A DNA stretch of 64,000 nucleotides, taken from contig CAYOEM010000012.1 in NCBI GenBank assembly GCA_964402975.1, positions 1,293-65,292 on the forward strand. The letters are read 5' to 3'. The translations under genes were made by a program, and so were the position numbers. The notes beneath the pieces were generated by a model. That model worked only from the letters and a program-made list of their open reading frames with translations, was not told the DNA's origin and did no database searches. The stretch comes from an uncultured Polynucleobacter sp. Lineage in GTDB: Bacteria; Bdellovibrionota_B; Oligoflexia; Oligoflexales; RGVZ01. Position 1 is the first letter of the stretch, and every line of letters begins with the position of its first letter. Positions 43,952 to 53,676 of the stretch are shown piece after piece.

Positions 43952-45481
43952 ATGTGGATTTTGTTTCGTGTCGCCATGTTTTTTGTGGGAATGAGCTACC
44001 GCTTTTTTGCTCTTTCACTTTTTAACGCCCGCTTTACGGCACATCCTATTGGCGTGTCACTCTATGTGAAAAATGAGCAATCCAGACCAAGTCAACAAAG
44101 CTCAAAAGTTTATCTAAAGATAAAATCTCGCCTTTTTTTTCGAATTGTCCCCGAAAGCGCGTCACTGAGCTGGTACAAATCCATGGGGTTTGGGCGAGAA
44201 CTAGAGGTTGGAGAGAAATCGTTTGACGATACGTTTTATGTAGCAGCAGAAAATCCTGGAATCGTCATGAAGCTACGCGGCGATTCTGAGCTCAGAGCGA
44301 CGTTTTTGAAACTATATTCTCTAGGGTTCACCCGGTTTATTTCAGACGGGTTTGGACATTTGCTCATTGAGAATCCCAATGAGATGTTTCAAGAGTCCGA
44401 TGAATACATGCGCGATTTTCTCAAAATCAAAAACGCGCTAGACATAGTCCCTACTTCATCATTTTTGTCCAATCCTAATGTCCTTTCGACCCTGGCGATT
44501 GAGATTGTTGGGTATGGCATGGCTATTTATGCCTACTCGTTTCCATTGTTATCCATATTTGATGGCGTTACTCATCTGAATTCAGCCGACTATATTATTA
44601 AAGGTTTTTTTACGTCTCTTACTTTGATTCTCGCTTGGTTTGTTGTTTTGTTTGGATTCCTTCGGCGCTCTGCCCGAGGTCTGATTTTTTTCTATGATTG
44701 CACCCTTCCTTATTGTCTCGTTGCTCTAGTCTCAGGATTTTATTTGTTCGGTGACTTAAATCAAGCGCTTGATAAGAGTGCCGATTCGTTAAATATTGCC
44801 AAGGTTGAAAACAAATTTTCACGTACTTCGGCGCCCCCCGGCCGGCGAAGGGTTCATTTTTACTTGGTGTTAAATTACACGGCAAACCCAAACCAATTGC
44901 CAAAAGAGTACGCTGTTGATCAGTCAACATATGACAACTTTTCAAAAGGTGATGGCATTGAAATTACGGTACGCAATGGGTTCTTTAATAGTCCTTATGT
45001 AGAGGGTGAGCGTGCTATTCCAAGCCCTGACATCATGAGTGCGTCCACTAATGTGACATATCAACGGGCTCGGGATTTAGCCCGTTGGATTCCAACCCTT
45101 AATCCAAAAGGCGAACTCACTGGAGCAGTCTCGTGGGTGGAGGAAAAGTATCCGAGTGGAAAAATCCGACAGCGGGAGCCTTTCGTGCAAAACACTCGCC
45201 ATGGCACAGCAACCTATTGGCATGAGAATGGAGTAATCTATGCGAATATAAGTTGGCGTAATGGTAAGAAGCATGGACGGGTAAAAATTAGTTTTCCTAG
45301 TGGCAGCATTGAACAGTCCTTAAATTACCGCGAGGGGCAATTACACGGGCTTTGTGCCTGGTATGACCGAGATGGGCGAGTGACTCACATGGCTCTTTAT
45401 GATAACGGAGACGTCATTAGTGCGGATATGAAATTTCTGTCGGAGATTGCAAAAGAGGTGGGTGGAGCTGGACTGCGGTGA
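43952..45481 (+). CDS. multi-TM protein with C-terminal MORN/YwqK-type repeats
   Basis: Repeats GTATYWHENGVIYANISWRNGKKHGRVKISFPSGSIEQSLNYREGQLHGLCAWYDRDGRV. Confidence 0.65.
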   Translation: MWILFRVAMFFVGMSYRFFALSLFNARFTAHPIGVSLYVKNEQSRPSQQSSKVYLKIKSRLFFRIVPESASLSWYKSMGFGRELEVGEKSFDDTFYVAAENPGIVMKLRGDSELRATFLKLYSLGFTRFISDGFGHLLIENPNEMFQESDEYMRDFLKIKNALDIVPTSSFLSNPNVLSTLAIEIVGYGMAIYAYSFPLLSIFDGVTHLNSADYIIKGFFTSLTLILAWFVVLFGFLRRSARGLIFFYDCTLPYCLVALVSGFYLFGDLNQALDKSADSLNIAKVENKFSRTSAPPGRRRVHFYLVLNYTANPNQLPKEYAVDQSTYDNFSKGDGIEITVRNGFFNSPYVEGERAIPSPDIMSASTNVTYQRARDLARWIPTLNPKGELTGAVSWVEEKYPSGKIRQREPFVQNTRHGTATYWHENGVIYANISWRNGKKHGRVKISFPSGSIEQSLNYREGQLHGLCAWYDRDGRVTHMALYDNGDVISADMKFLSEIAKEVGGAGLR

Positions 45482-45534
45482 CCGGCAAAACCAGCTTAAA
45501 TCCATAAACTATATCGGCATATCGACTGTTAGAT

Positions 45535-46047
45535 TTAGTTCCCGTTGGATGATATGTCGATCCTTTTGCAGGTCATCTCAACCTGATCCGATGGAGGGCA
45601 AGGTAAGTGCTGTCTCGTCTGCTCCTCACTCGTACCGTATGTGACAACGTGGCGGTATGGATTCATCTCTGGATCTGAGATGATGTAACAAATGCCCCGG
45701 CATTCCCAAATTTCATCAAATGATGTTACCGCCGTTATTGGCCTACCATTTGGGGTGATGCGTTGCCACTCCTGACGCGGCGGTTGGTTGCAGTTTCTTG
45801 ATTGGATCTCCTTCAATATTCCAACAGATAATTCACCGGTATTCGTTGATTCCATTAGGGTGCTCGTAAATATCTCATTGCACTTGAGCGTGTAATAAAG
45901 CCGTTTGGCACCAAAGTAGCCATCCGTTATATTTGTTATCTCGGCCATTCCGAAAGTGTGCGTGTTGGTGCTTGTATTGGATGAGTTTGCCGCAAATAGA
46001 GCTGTGTTGAGAGTCAACACTAACGCGATGACGTACTTTGCAATCAT
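45535..46047 (-). CDS. secreted hypothetical protein
   Basis: Signal peptide MIAKYVIALVLTLNTALFA. Confidence 0.5.
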   Translation of the reverse strand: MIAKYVIALVLTLNTALFAANSSNTSTNTHTFGMAEITNITDGYFGAKRLYYTLKCNEIFTSTLMESTNTGELSVGILKEIQSRNCNQPPRQEWQRITPNGRPITAVTSFDEIWECRGICYIISDPEMNPYRHVVTYGTSEEQTRQHLPCPPSDQVEMTCKRIDISSNGN

Positions 46048-46104
46048 AATTCGCTCCTTTTGTAATCAGTAACGCACGGTCGTATGATATCGATTGTTTT
46101 GGGA

Positions 46105-46854
46105 TTAGGCGCGGGTCTTCAGCGACCCAAGTCCGCCATCAACTCCTATCACTTGCCCAGTGACCCAGTTGGCTTCATCTGAAAGTAGCCAAAGCATGCT
46201 CGAGACAATATCTGATGGTTTACCAAGACGCCCAAGGGGGTGCATGGATTCAGAGGCTTTTCGGCTGGCTTCGTTTGCGGTAAGTCGAGCCGTCATGGGC
46301 GTTTCCGTGAGGCCGGGCGCTATGCAGTTGACGCGAATATTGCTTCGAGCGTAGGTCGCCGCTGCCGACTTGGTTAGTCCAATGATAGCTCCTTTGGCAG
46401 CAGCTATCGCTTCGTGATTTTGAAGACCAATTTGTGCAGCAGCCGATGAAACCAATACGATAGAGCCTCCTTGATCCATCATGGCTTTTGCTGAAGCTCT
46501 AAGCATTCCAAATGCGCTTGTCACGTTGGCCGCCATAGTGGCGTCAAATTCTTGCTGGGTCGTTGCGTGGGCTGACTTTAAGATCACAGAGCCAGTGCAA
46601 CAAACAGCTCCTGACAATGGGCCATGAGAGGTGGCCTTGGCGAGGGCTTCCTCGTAACTGGCAAAGCTAGCCCCGTCGATAAGTGCTCCGTCGCAGTCTA
46701 ATTCCTGCTTTAGGGCTTCTAACTTTTGGGGATCTCTTGCGCAAAGAAAAACTTTGGCACCAGATTTTGTAAGTTGGCGAGAAAGTTCGGAACCGATACC
46801 TCCGCCGGCACCTGCTACCAAGAAATATTTTCCTGAAAAATCGTACTTGGTCAT
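46105..46854 (-). CDS. SDR-family oxidoreductase with a non-canonical active-site region
   Basis: VAGAGGGIGSEL and IRVNCIAPG. By eye-alignment with FabG the YxxxK Tyr position is Ile (NHEAIAAAKG). The start at 46854 has GGAGG 8 nt upstream. Confidence 0.75.
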   Translation of the reverse strand: MTKYDFSGKYFLVAGAGGGIGSELSRQLTKSGAKVFLCARDPQKLEALKQELDCDGALIDGASFASYEEALAKATSHGPLSGAVCCTGSVILKSAHATTQQEFDATMAANVTSAFGMLRASAKAMMDQGGSIVLVSSAAAQIGLQNHEAIAAAKGAIIGLTKSAAATYARSNIRVNCIAPGLTETPMTARLTANEASRKASESMHPLGRLGKPSDIVSSMLWLLSDEANWVTGQVIGVDGGLGSLKTRA

Positions 46855-46924
46855 GAAATGTGCCTCCAAAGTCCCTGGGGTTCGGACTATAATAAAGTCC
46901 TATTTTGCCGCGCTGGAGGCCGAG

Positions 46925-47938
46925 ATGCAACCTATACAAGAGATTGTCGATGTCTTAATCGTTGGCGCGGGTTTGTGCGGCGTCACGGCTGCCAGAGAAA
47001 TTCACGCTGGAAAACGCCAGTCGTGGAAGCTTATCGATAAGGCCAGATCTGTTGGTGGCAGGATGGCGACCAGGCGAATTGATGATGCAAAATTTGACCA
47101 TGGCGCCCAGTTTTGCACTGTGAGATCTTCCGAGTTTCGTTCACAAGTGGACGAATGGCTCAGACTAGGTGTTTGTAAAGAGTGGGTGAAAGGTTTTGGT
47201 AATGAGCAGGAGGATGGCCACCCGCGTTATGTGTGCGAGTCTGGCATGAATCATATCGTTAAACAGATGGCGGCAGATTTCCCAAAGGAGAATATAGCTC
47301 TAAACGAGAAGATCGTTGAGATTGAGATGATTGACGGGTTTATCTCGCTAGCGTCGGAGACGGGGGCTAAGTTTTTTTCAAAAAAATTAGTAATGACAAC
47401 GCCTTTACCCCAAGCGACCGCGATGCTGTCGAATTTTCCTGCCGATCAACGGCTTACAAAAATTATGAGCACTTTGAGCGACATCCTTTACGATCCGTGT
47501 ATCGCTATCATGGGTTTTTTTCATCCCGAGGAGCTACCTCTAGATAAGTTTCCAGCTAAGTCTTTGCAGTCGCCATTGGCTTTCGTATCCGATAATTATT
47601 CAAAGGGCTTATCAAGTAAGAAAGCTTCGTTGACGGTCCATCTATCCAGTGAGGCTAGTCACGGATTATTTACGGCGCATGATGAGGTGGTGGTTGATTT
47701 TGTTTGTCACGAGCTTCGAAGGCACTATCACCTTAAAAAGGTTACAAGGCCATCAATGGTTGAAGTCCATAGGTGGCGTTTTGCAAGCCCTCAAAAAACT
47801 TTTGCAGAACCTTTTTTGGATTGGTCAGGAGCCAATAGTGTGAAGATCTATTTTGCTGGCGAGGCCTTTGGAGGCCCAAAAATTGAAGGTGCTTATTTGT
47901 CAGGTTTAGCTATTGGTAAAGACTTCGTAGCTGGTTGA
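46925..47938 (+). CDS. FAD/NAD(P)-binding oxidoreductase (renalase/amine-oxidase-like)
   Basis: DVLIVGAGLCGVTAAREI dinucleotide fold. The ATG at 46925 has GGAGG upstream. The longer track ORF overlaps the divergent SDR gene. Confidence 0.75.
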   Translation: MQPIQEIVDVLIVGAGLCGVTAAREIHAGKRQSWKLIDKARSVGGRMATRRIDDAKFDHGAQFCTVRSSEFRSQVDEWLRLGVCKEWVKGFGNEQEDGHPRYVCESGMNHIVKQMAADFPKENIALNEKIVEIEMIDGFISLASETGAKFFSKKLVMTTPLPQATAMLSNFPADQRLTKIMSTLSDILYDPCIAIMGFFHPEELPLDKFPAKSLQSPLAFVSDNYSKGLSSKKASLTVHLSSEASHGLFTAHDEVVVDFVCHELRRHYHLKKVTRPSMVEVHRWRFASPQKTFAEPFLDWSGANSVKIYFAGEAFGGPKIEGAYLSGLAIGKDFVAG

Positions 47939-48531
47939 TTATTTTGGGTGGTGAGCGCTTTTCTAATCGCTGAGAGCATGTCCTCACTTTGTGGGTCCAC
48001 AGATGAGGTAAATCTAGCGATGAGTCGACCATCTTTGCCAACTAAAAACTTCTCGAAATTCCAATCGATCGGACGACGGAAGTCTTTTCCAGAGTCTTCG
48101 GTTAAATATTTAAATAAAGGAGTTTTTTTGTCGCCTGATACGCTGACTTTAGAAAATAGCGGAAACGTGACTTTGTAGTTTAACTCGCAAAAATCCTTGA
48201 TCTCTTTGTTGCTGCCGGGCTCTTGGCGGCCGAAATCATTACTGGGAAATCCTAGGACCAAAAAATTTTGGTCTTTAAATTGCTCGTAGGTTTTCTGTAG
48301 GGCTTTATATTGTGACGTAAAGCCGCAGTAAGAGGCCGTATTAACAATAAGCAGAACCTTGCCGCGGTAGGTTGACATGTCGACGGTCTTGTTTTTGATA
48401 TCTTGAACTTTGAATTGATAAACATCTCCGGATGGGGCGGCTGCGTCAGCTGGACCCGTTAGAGCGAAAAAAACACAAAATGCCAGTGTGAAAAACAGGT
48501 GCTGAAAGCTAGTAATTAATTTCGTTTTCAC
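47893..48531 (-). CDS. gpx: glutathione peroxidase (Cys-type) with a signal peptide
   Basis: NTASYCGFT, FPSNDFGRQEPG, WNFEKFLV. Confidence 0.88.
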   Translation of the reverse strand: MKTKLITSFQHLFFTLAFCVFFALTGPADAAAPSGDVYQFKVQDIKNKTVDMSTYRGKVLLIVNTASYCGFTSQYKALQKTYEQFKDQNFLVLGFPSNDFGRQEPGSNKEIKDFCELNYKVTFPLFSKVSVSGDKKTPLFKYLTEDSGKDFRRPIDWNFEKFLVGKDGRLIARFTSSVDPQSEDMLSAIRKALTTQNNQPATKSLPIAKPDK

Positions 48532-48593
48532 GCTATTTGTCTCCTCTAATGGGTTGTAATTGTGTTAGTCTATCGGCCTATGTGGGGAGCCAT

Positions 48594-49016
48594 ATGCTGA
48601 AACTGATTAATGCCTATTCCGCCGAACAACAAGCTATAGCTATTTATAAGGCCCAAACATTTTGGCGTCCAGGAGCAAGTGGCCGAATCTTTCGTGAAAT
48701 TTTGGCAGAAGAGCTCTCTCATCAGGAAAGTATGGCATCTTTTATGAATAGTCCTGGCCTAGTGCTGCTCATGACGCCGTTTAATTTCATCGCAGGATGG
48801 ATGCTGGGCAGTGTCTTGTCTATGTTGCCAAGACCACTTTGTTACCGAATTCACGTATGGGCTGAGCGCGAAGCAGCAAAGACTTATGAGGTAACCTTGG
48901 CTAGTCTGGGGTCTGGCGACCAAAAATCGCTTCGGGACGCCTTGAGTCATGCGGCTAAGCAAGAGCATGAACACGCTAACCGATTCGAAATATTGCTAAA
49001 AGGTTTAGCGCGATGA
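48594..49016 (+). CDS. COQ7-like/ferritin-like di-iron carboxylate protein
   Basis: Ligand-like pattern E...EELSH...ERE...EHEH with a hydrophobic middle segment. The start is uncertain, with alternatives at 48537 and 48549. Confidence 0.5.
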   Translation: MLKLINAYSAEQQAIAIYKAQTFWRPGASGRIFREILAEELSHQESMASFMNSPGLVLLMTPFNFIAGWMLGSVLSMLPRPLCYRIHVWAEREAAKTYEVTLASLGSGDQKSLRDALSHAAKQEHEHANRFEILLKGLAR

Positions 49017-49762
49017 TTGATTATTTGTTTAAGAATTTAAAAGGGACCGATTGGGAACTATTAACCGATTTTGTTTCACCAGTATTCTTCGAGGTCGTTC
49101 CTACCTTGGGCATGGCGAGGGTGTTTGGATCGATTCTCAAGGATTATGCGAGTGCTAAAGAATTTACGAACGTAAAAGCCGCGGCCTCTCTCACGCTGGA
49201 GACGCGGTTAAAAAATAGCGGTCTCAAGCTGGTGGATCAAGTTACTGCCAAATCAAACATTCGCAATCTTAGTATTGAGGAGAGACAAGATTTTGGATCG
49301 ATGGTCTTGAAAATCTATTTTGCTCAGTTATTTGCTGAACACAAAACTATATTAGATCTCAGAAGCTCGGCATTTAACGGCATGACCGAGTGGGCGCCAA
49401 AGCCTGTTTTTTATGGATGGACAAGTGATTTTAGAGAGGGTCTTCAAAAGCTTTACACTGGCTTTTACAAAGGCGATGACGCAACTCTTAAGGCTGGCCT
49501 TCAAAAGTTAAATCTATCGCACGCGGAATCAGTCATCCAAGGTCACTTCGGCCAAGGAACTCAGGATGCAGTCAGGTTTTCTTTGCAGCACTTTAAGCAG
49601 TCACTTCATGCCGTATTTATGTCCTGCAAGAATAATAAAACCAAGCTACACCCAGATTTTTTTGGGCTGGGGGTTTATCTGTTGTGCCTTTATGAAAACT
49701 TGGAGGGTCTCGATTGTCCGCTGGATGTGAGATCTGCATTTAACGCGGTGGTTTCATTATGA
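49013..49762 (+). CDS. hypothetical protein
   Basis: 249-aa ORF with 4-bp overlaps on both neighbours. Confidence 0.55.
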   Translation: MIDYLFKNLKGTDWELLTDFVSPVFFEVVPTLGMARVFGSILKDYASAKEFTNVKAAASLTLETRLKNSGLKLVDQVTAKSNIRNLSIEERQDFGSMVLKIYFAQLFAEHKTILDLRSSAFNGMTEWAPKPVFYGWTSDFREGLQKLYTGFYKGDDATLKAGLQKLNLSHAESVIQGHFGQGTQDAVRFSLQHFKQSLHAVFMSCKNNKTKLHPDFFGLGVYLLCLYENLEGLDCPLDVRSAFNAVVSL

Positions 49763-51216
49763 ATACGACGACTGAGTCCAAGAAGTTAAAAGTTGCTATT
49801 GCTGGCGCGAGTGGTTTCGTTGGGCGTGCTCTGATTGAAAAACTTAGAGGGCACCATGATCTGATCGCTCTAAGCCGCGGCTCCTCAAGAACAGAAGGCG
49901 GAATTGAGTGGCGACAGTGCGACTTGTTCAACCTAAAGCAAGCTGAGCAAGGGCTAGACGGCGCTGATATCGCAATCTATCTGGTCCACTCCATGCTTCC
50001 CAGCGCAAAGCTTACGCAAGGGAGCTTTGCGGACCTTGATTTATTAATTGCGGATAACTTTGCAAGAGCTGCTCGGAAAGCAAAAGTCCAAAGAATTATC
50101 TACCTGGGAGGAATCATTCCAGATGAGGACCTTTCGCCCCACTTGGCGAGCCGTCTCGAGGTGGAAGCAGCTCTTGAAAGCCACGGTGCTCACTGTGTTG
50201 CGTTGAGGGCGGGCCTGATCATCGGTAAGAACGGCTCTTCCTTTGACATTATGCGTAAGCTCGTTGAAAGGCTTCCCATGATGATCTGCCCAGGCTGGAC
50301 GAGAACAAGAAGTCAGCCGGTGAGTCTTAGGGATGTGGTGGAGACGATTACTAGATTAATTCAACACCCTGAAATTCAAAGTGGCCAGTATGATTTGGGC
50401 AGCAGAGATGTGATGACCTACATTGACATGATGCGTGAGGTGGCAAGACAGATCGGCAAGAAAAGAATTTTTCTTCCGATTTTTTTATTTAGCCCGAACT
50501 TGTCGCGGCTCTGGGTCACGTTAGTCACAGGCGCCCCAAGGGAGCTTATTGGACCGTTAGTACAAAGCTTGAGACATGAAATGGTGGCAAGAGACCTGAC
50601 CCTTATGGAGAAACTTGGCATTGAACCACAAGGATTTAAGGAATGCCTTGCCGAAGCTCTAAGTCCATCGCCAGAGGTTTTGCCAGCCGCCAGCCAGATC
50701 TCCCGCCCCCCGACCGATGTTGCCAAGACGCCAGCAAAATCAATAGTCAATTTAGTGTGCTCAGTGCAGAGACTTCCACTCATCATGGGTTTAACAGCTG
50801 CATGGGTAACAAAAGAATATGCGAATTGGTTGATTCAGTTTTTTAGACCTCTCATATTTGTCCGTCAGGATGTCGACGGCAGCCTTGCATTCATATTTAG
50901 ACCGATTTTTGCAAGGTTTGATGTGCCACTTTTAGAGCTGACCTACGCAAAGGATCGCAGTTCAGAGCATCGACAGATGTTTTATATTTCTGGTGGACTT
51001 CTCTTGAGTTCGAAATTTCACCCAAAAGGTCGATTTGAATTCAGAGAGGTACTTAGAGGAAGGTTTGTGCTGGTCGCTATTTTTGATTTTGTGCCCGCTC
51101 TTCCCTGGTGGATTTATAAAAACACGCAGGCAATTCTACACCTTTTTGTGATGATTATGTTTCGAAGGCATTTAAGGACTCTATATCAGTCTGGCGAAAA
51201 GCTCATAAAAGCATGA
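49759..51216 (+). CDS. atypical SDR/NmrA-like NAD(P)-binding protein with a C-terminal extension (DUF2867-like)
   Basis: VAIAGASGFVGRALIEKL Rossmann motif. 485 aa. Confidence 0.65.
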   Translation: MNTTTESKKLKVAIAGASGFVGRALIEKLRGHHDLIALSRGSSRTEGGIEWRQCDLFNLKQAEQGLDGADIAIYLVHSMLPSAKLTQGSFADLDLLIADNFARAARKAKVQRIIYLGGIIPDEDLSPHLASRLEVEAALESHGAHCVALRAGLIIGKNGSSFDIMRKLVERLPMMICPGWTRTRSQPVSLRDVVETITRLIQHPEIQSGQYDLGSRDVMTYIDMMREVARQIGKKRIFLPIFLFSPNLSRLWVTLVTGAPRELIGPLVQSLRHEMVARDLTLMEKLGIEPQGFKECLAEALSPSPEVLPAASQISRPPTDVAKTPAKSIVNLVCSVQRLPLIMGLTAAWVTKEYANWLIQFFRPLIFVRQDVDGSLAFIFRPIFARFDVPLLELTYAKDRSSEHRQMFYISGGLLLSSKFHPKGRFEFREVLRGRFVLVAIFDFVPALPWWIYKNTQAILHLFVMIMFRRHLRTLYQSGEKLIKA

Positions 51217-51237
51217 GATATCGGAAGGGGTATAGAC

Positions 51238-52020
51238 GTGAAGAGACTCCACCTTATTGAATTAGAAGATCAGGCATGGCTACCTGCGCCCATTCGTGAT
51301 GGACTGACAGACTATTTGAGTTTTATGGCTGAGTTAGCATCGTTGCCATTCGCCGGCTTTGCAGCAAAGATTTCTACTGTCATGAAATCAGTTGGCACAA
51401 AGTCAATCATCGAGATGGGTAGTGGTGGAGGGGGTCCCGCGATATCAATTTGTAGAGAACTCATGAAGCTGGGTCACAAAGATATCGAGCTTACATTAAC
51501 TGACCTACACCCCAATGTCCCAAGACTTCGCTATGCTAAAGAACATAATAAAATTCCTATTAAAGTGATTGAGCATTCAGTTGATGCTACAAGTGTTCCA
51601 GACAGTCTTGATGGACTAAGACTTATGTGTAATGCCTTTCATCATTTGCCGCCCAAGCTTGCTAGAGAAGTTCTTCATGATGCGGTTCGTAAAAATAAAC
51701 CCGTAGCTATTATGGAGCTCGTTAGCCGCTCTCCGCATGGATTTGCGCAACTTTTTGCCGGAATCCCCCTGATGTTTCTCATGATGCTTTTTGTAAGGCC
51801 GTTTCGGATTAGTCGACTTTTATTCACATATGTTATTCCGCTGATCCCGCTGTGTACCCTCTGGGATGGCATTGTTTCGTGTTTGCGGGTTTATTCGCCC
51901 GAGGAAATGAGGGAGCTTGTGGAGTCATTGCCCAAGAATTCCTTCGAGTGGGATATTGGCATTATCAAGGTGCCCATGACCCCGATCCGAGTCACATATT
52001 TAATTGGGACACCCGACTGA
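51238..52020 (+). CDS. class I SAM-dependent methyltransferase-like protein with a hydrophobic C-terminal part
   Basis: IIEMGSGGGGPAISI (motif I). GTG start with GGAAGGGG upstream. Confidence 0.5.
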   Translation: MKRLHLIELEDQAWLPAPIRDGLTDYLSFMAELASLPFAGFAAKISTVMKSVGTKSIIEMGSGGGGPAISICRELMKLGHKDIELTLTDLHPNVPRLRYAKEHNKIPIKVIEHSVDATSVPDSLDGLRLMCNAFHHLPPKLAREVLHDAVRKNKPVAIMELVSRSPHGFAQLFAGIPLMFLMMLFVRPFRISRLLFTYVIPLIPLCTLWDGIVSCLRVYSPEEMRELVESLPKNSFEWDIGIIKVPMTPIRVTYLIGTPD

Positions 52021-52186
52021 TTCAGTATAGGTTTTCTCATCTGCAAAGGAAGCCGCGTCTGGTCATCCATCAAAAGAGTCAATTCAACTCGCTGCCCCTA
52101 AGGATCGGTAACTATTAAAATAAAACAATTCGCTCAAGATCCATTAGGCTTAGGCCGCTAATAAACGAACGGGGGAGGCGACAACT

Positions 52187-52528
52187 ATGTTGCTCAAACG
52201 GATTATGATGAGTGTTAGTTTTTTGCTAGCAAGCAGCGCCTGCTCAAAAGAGTCATCAAACGGTGATGTAGACTTGACCTGCTCCGAAGCCAAGTCACAA
52301 ATCGAAAACTTTATGTCACAGAATAGAGGTTGTAACAGCGATTCAGATTGTAACAGTGAGTACGGTGGTTGTTTGGTGCTTGTTTTCAATAATTCAACGG
52401 ATCGAAATGAACTTTATCGACTTAAAAGTAGTTATGATTCCGCCTGTTCCGGCCAAGGAATCTGCGGGACCCCCCCTGGCACTGCTAAATGTGAGAATCA
52501 GGTTTGCAAATCGGCACCTTGGCCCTGA
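52187..52528 (+). CDS. small Cys-rich lipoprotein
   Basis: Lipobox LLASSAC. Confidence 0.5.
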   Translation: MLLKRIMMSVSFLLASSACSKESSNGDVDLTCSEAKSQIENFMSQNRGCNSDSDCNSEYGGCLVLVFNNSTDRNELYRLKSSYDSACSGQGICGTPPGTAKCENQVCKSAPWP

Positions 52529-52721
52529 TTTATCGGGATTATTTATTGGCCTATTTACTGTGGACGCCCGACTGATTGACTATTGCTAGGTCTTGAGTCT
52601 TGATTGGATCTCCGGAAATAATACTGCGCATAACCAAAGGCATGAAAGGGCTGCCCGCAATAAAAGGCAAAATCTGGATGAGCCTCCTGATTTGACAAAA
52701 GAACTCGTCAAGGACGTTATT

Positions 52722-53557
52722 TTATTCTTCAAACCAAGTATTTTTATGATGCTCATGTCGCCTGCGAGGCAGGACCCACATCTGATAAAGTGAAGTTAGG
52801 ATCATATAGGTCGCGGCCGCATTGTAGCAGGTGGCGCCAATGATCGTTGTATATGCAAAGGCGGGATACCATTTTGTTAACCACCAGGAGAATATGTCTA
52901 CAAGCAGGAATAAAAACGGTGTTCCGATGGCGACAGCTTTTAAAATGGGGTTGATTCCGCTTGCAAGGCTAAATATCAGGCATATAAAGAAAATATAAAT
53001 GAAATGCCAAAAAGGTGAATATGCGACACCCTTGCCAAGTCATTAATCGAAGCGCCTTCGTCAATTTTGGCCACTGTTTTGATGCCTTCATAGGTAGTAA
53101 AATCGGGCAGTCCTGCAATGCCTCCATGGCATCTGGCGCATTTTTCCGTGACGATTGGTTGAATTTTTTGTGCCCATATATCTTCGGGAGATCCGGTTCT
53201 GACCCAGCGAATGATTTCAGCGCGTTCGTGCACGTCCGCTTTATCTTTCATTGATCCATTAAGCTTGACTTCTAGTTTGCTATTTTCACGGTTACCGTAA
53301 TAGCTATAGACGACATCATCAACCGATAAACCAAACTGCCCGTCAGCCATGCCGTGTGTTAAGAGCAGCTGAAGTCCCGCTGATAAGAGTCCAACTGAAG
53401 TTACAAGTAAATAACCAGTGAATAATATGCGAAGCGATAGCCCCAGGTTAGGTAGGTTTAATTTCGATATTTTTTGGTCCGGACCATGTTGAGTCATTGC
53501 TCTCCATTTTACCTCAATAATGACAGAAGCGTAGAACGTCTCTTGATGTTTAAGCAA
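52722..53557 (-). pseudogene. membrane protein with a CxxCH haem motif, apparently frameshifted
   Basis: The 193-aa ORF (52976-53557, KCARCHGG) stops inside a TM-like segment. The adjacent frame is open from about 52997 down to a TAA at 52722-52724 and encodes about 90 more hydrophobic residues (...ICLIFSLASGINPILKAVAIGTPFLFLLVDIFSWWLTKWYPAFAYTTIIGATCYNAAATYMILTSLYQMWVLPRRRHEHHKNTWFEE). Confidence 0.45.
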
Positions 53558-53676
53558 AAAACATATTATTACGGGGTCAAATCAGCAGTATAAATTATCT
53601 CACGTGCGCCTCTGCCATCCATAGATCCTGAACTAATTATTCACAATACTCGACCGATAAAGATTTTTGGGGGCTC

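Noticed and set aside
47893-47938. 46-bp convergent overlap between the FAD-oxidoreductase and gpx 3' ends
   Set aside because: This is probably just a C-terminal low-conservation extension of gpx. No evidence of an antisense regulatory function is visible from sequence alone.
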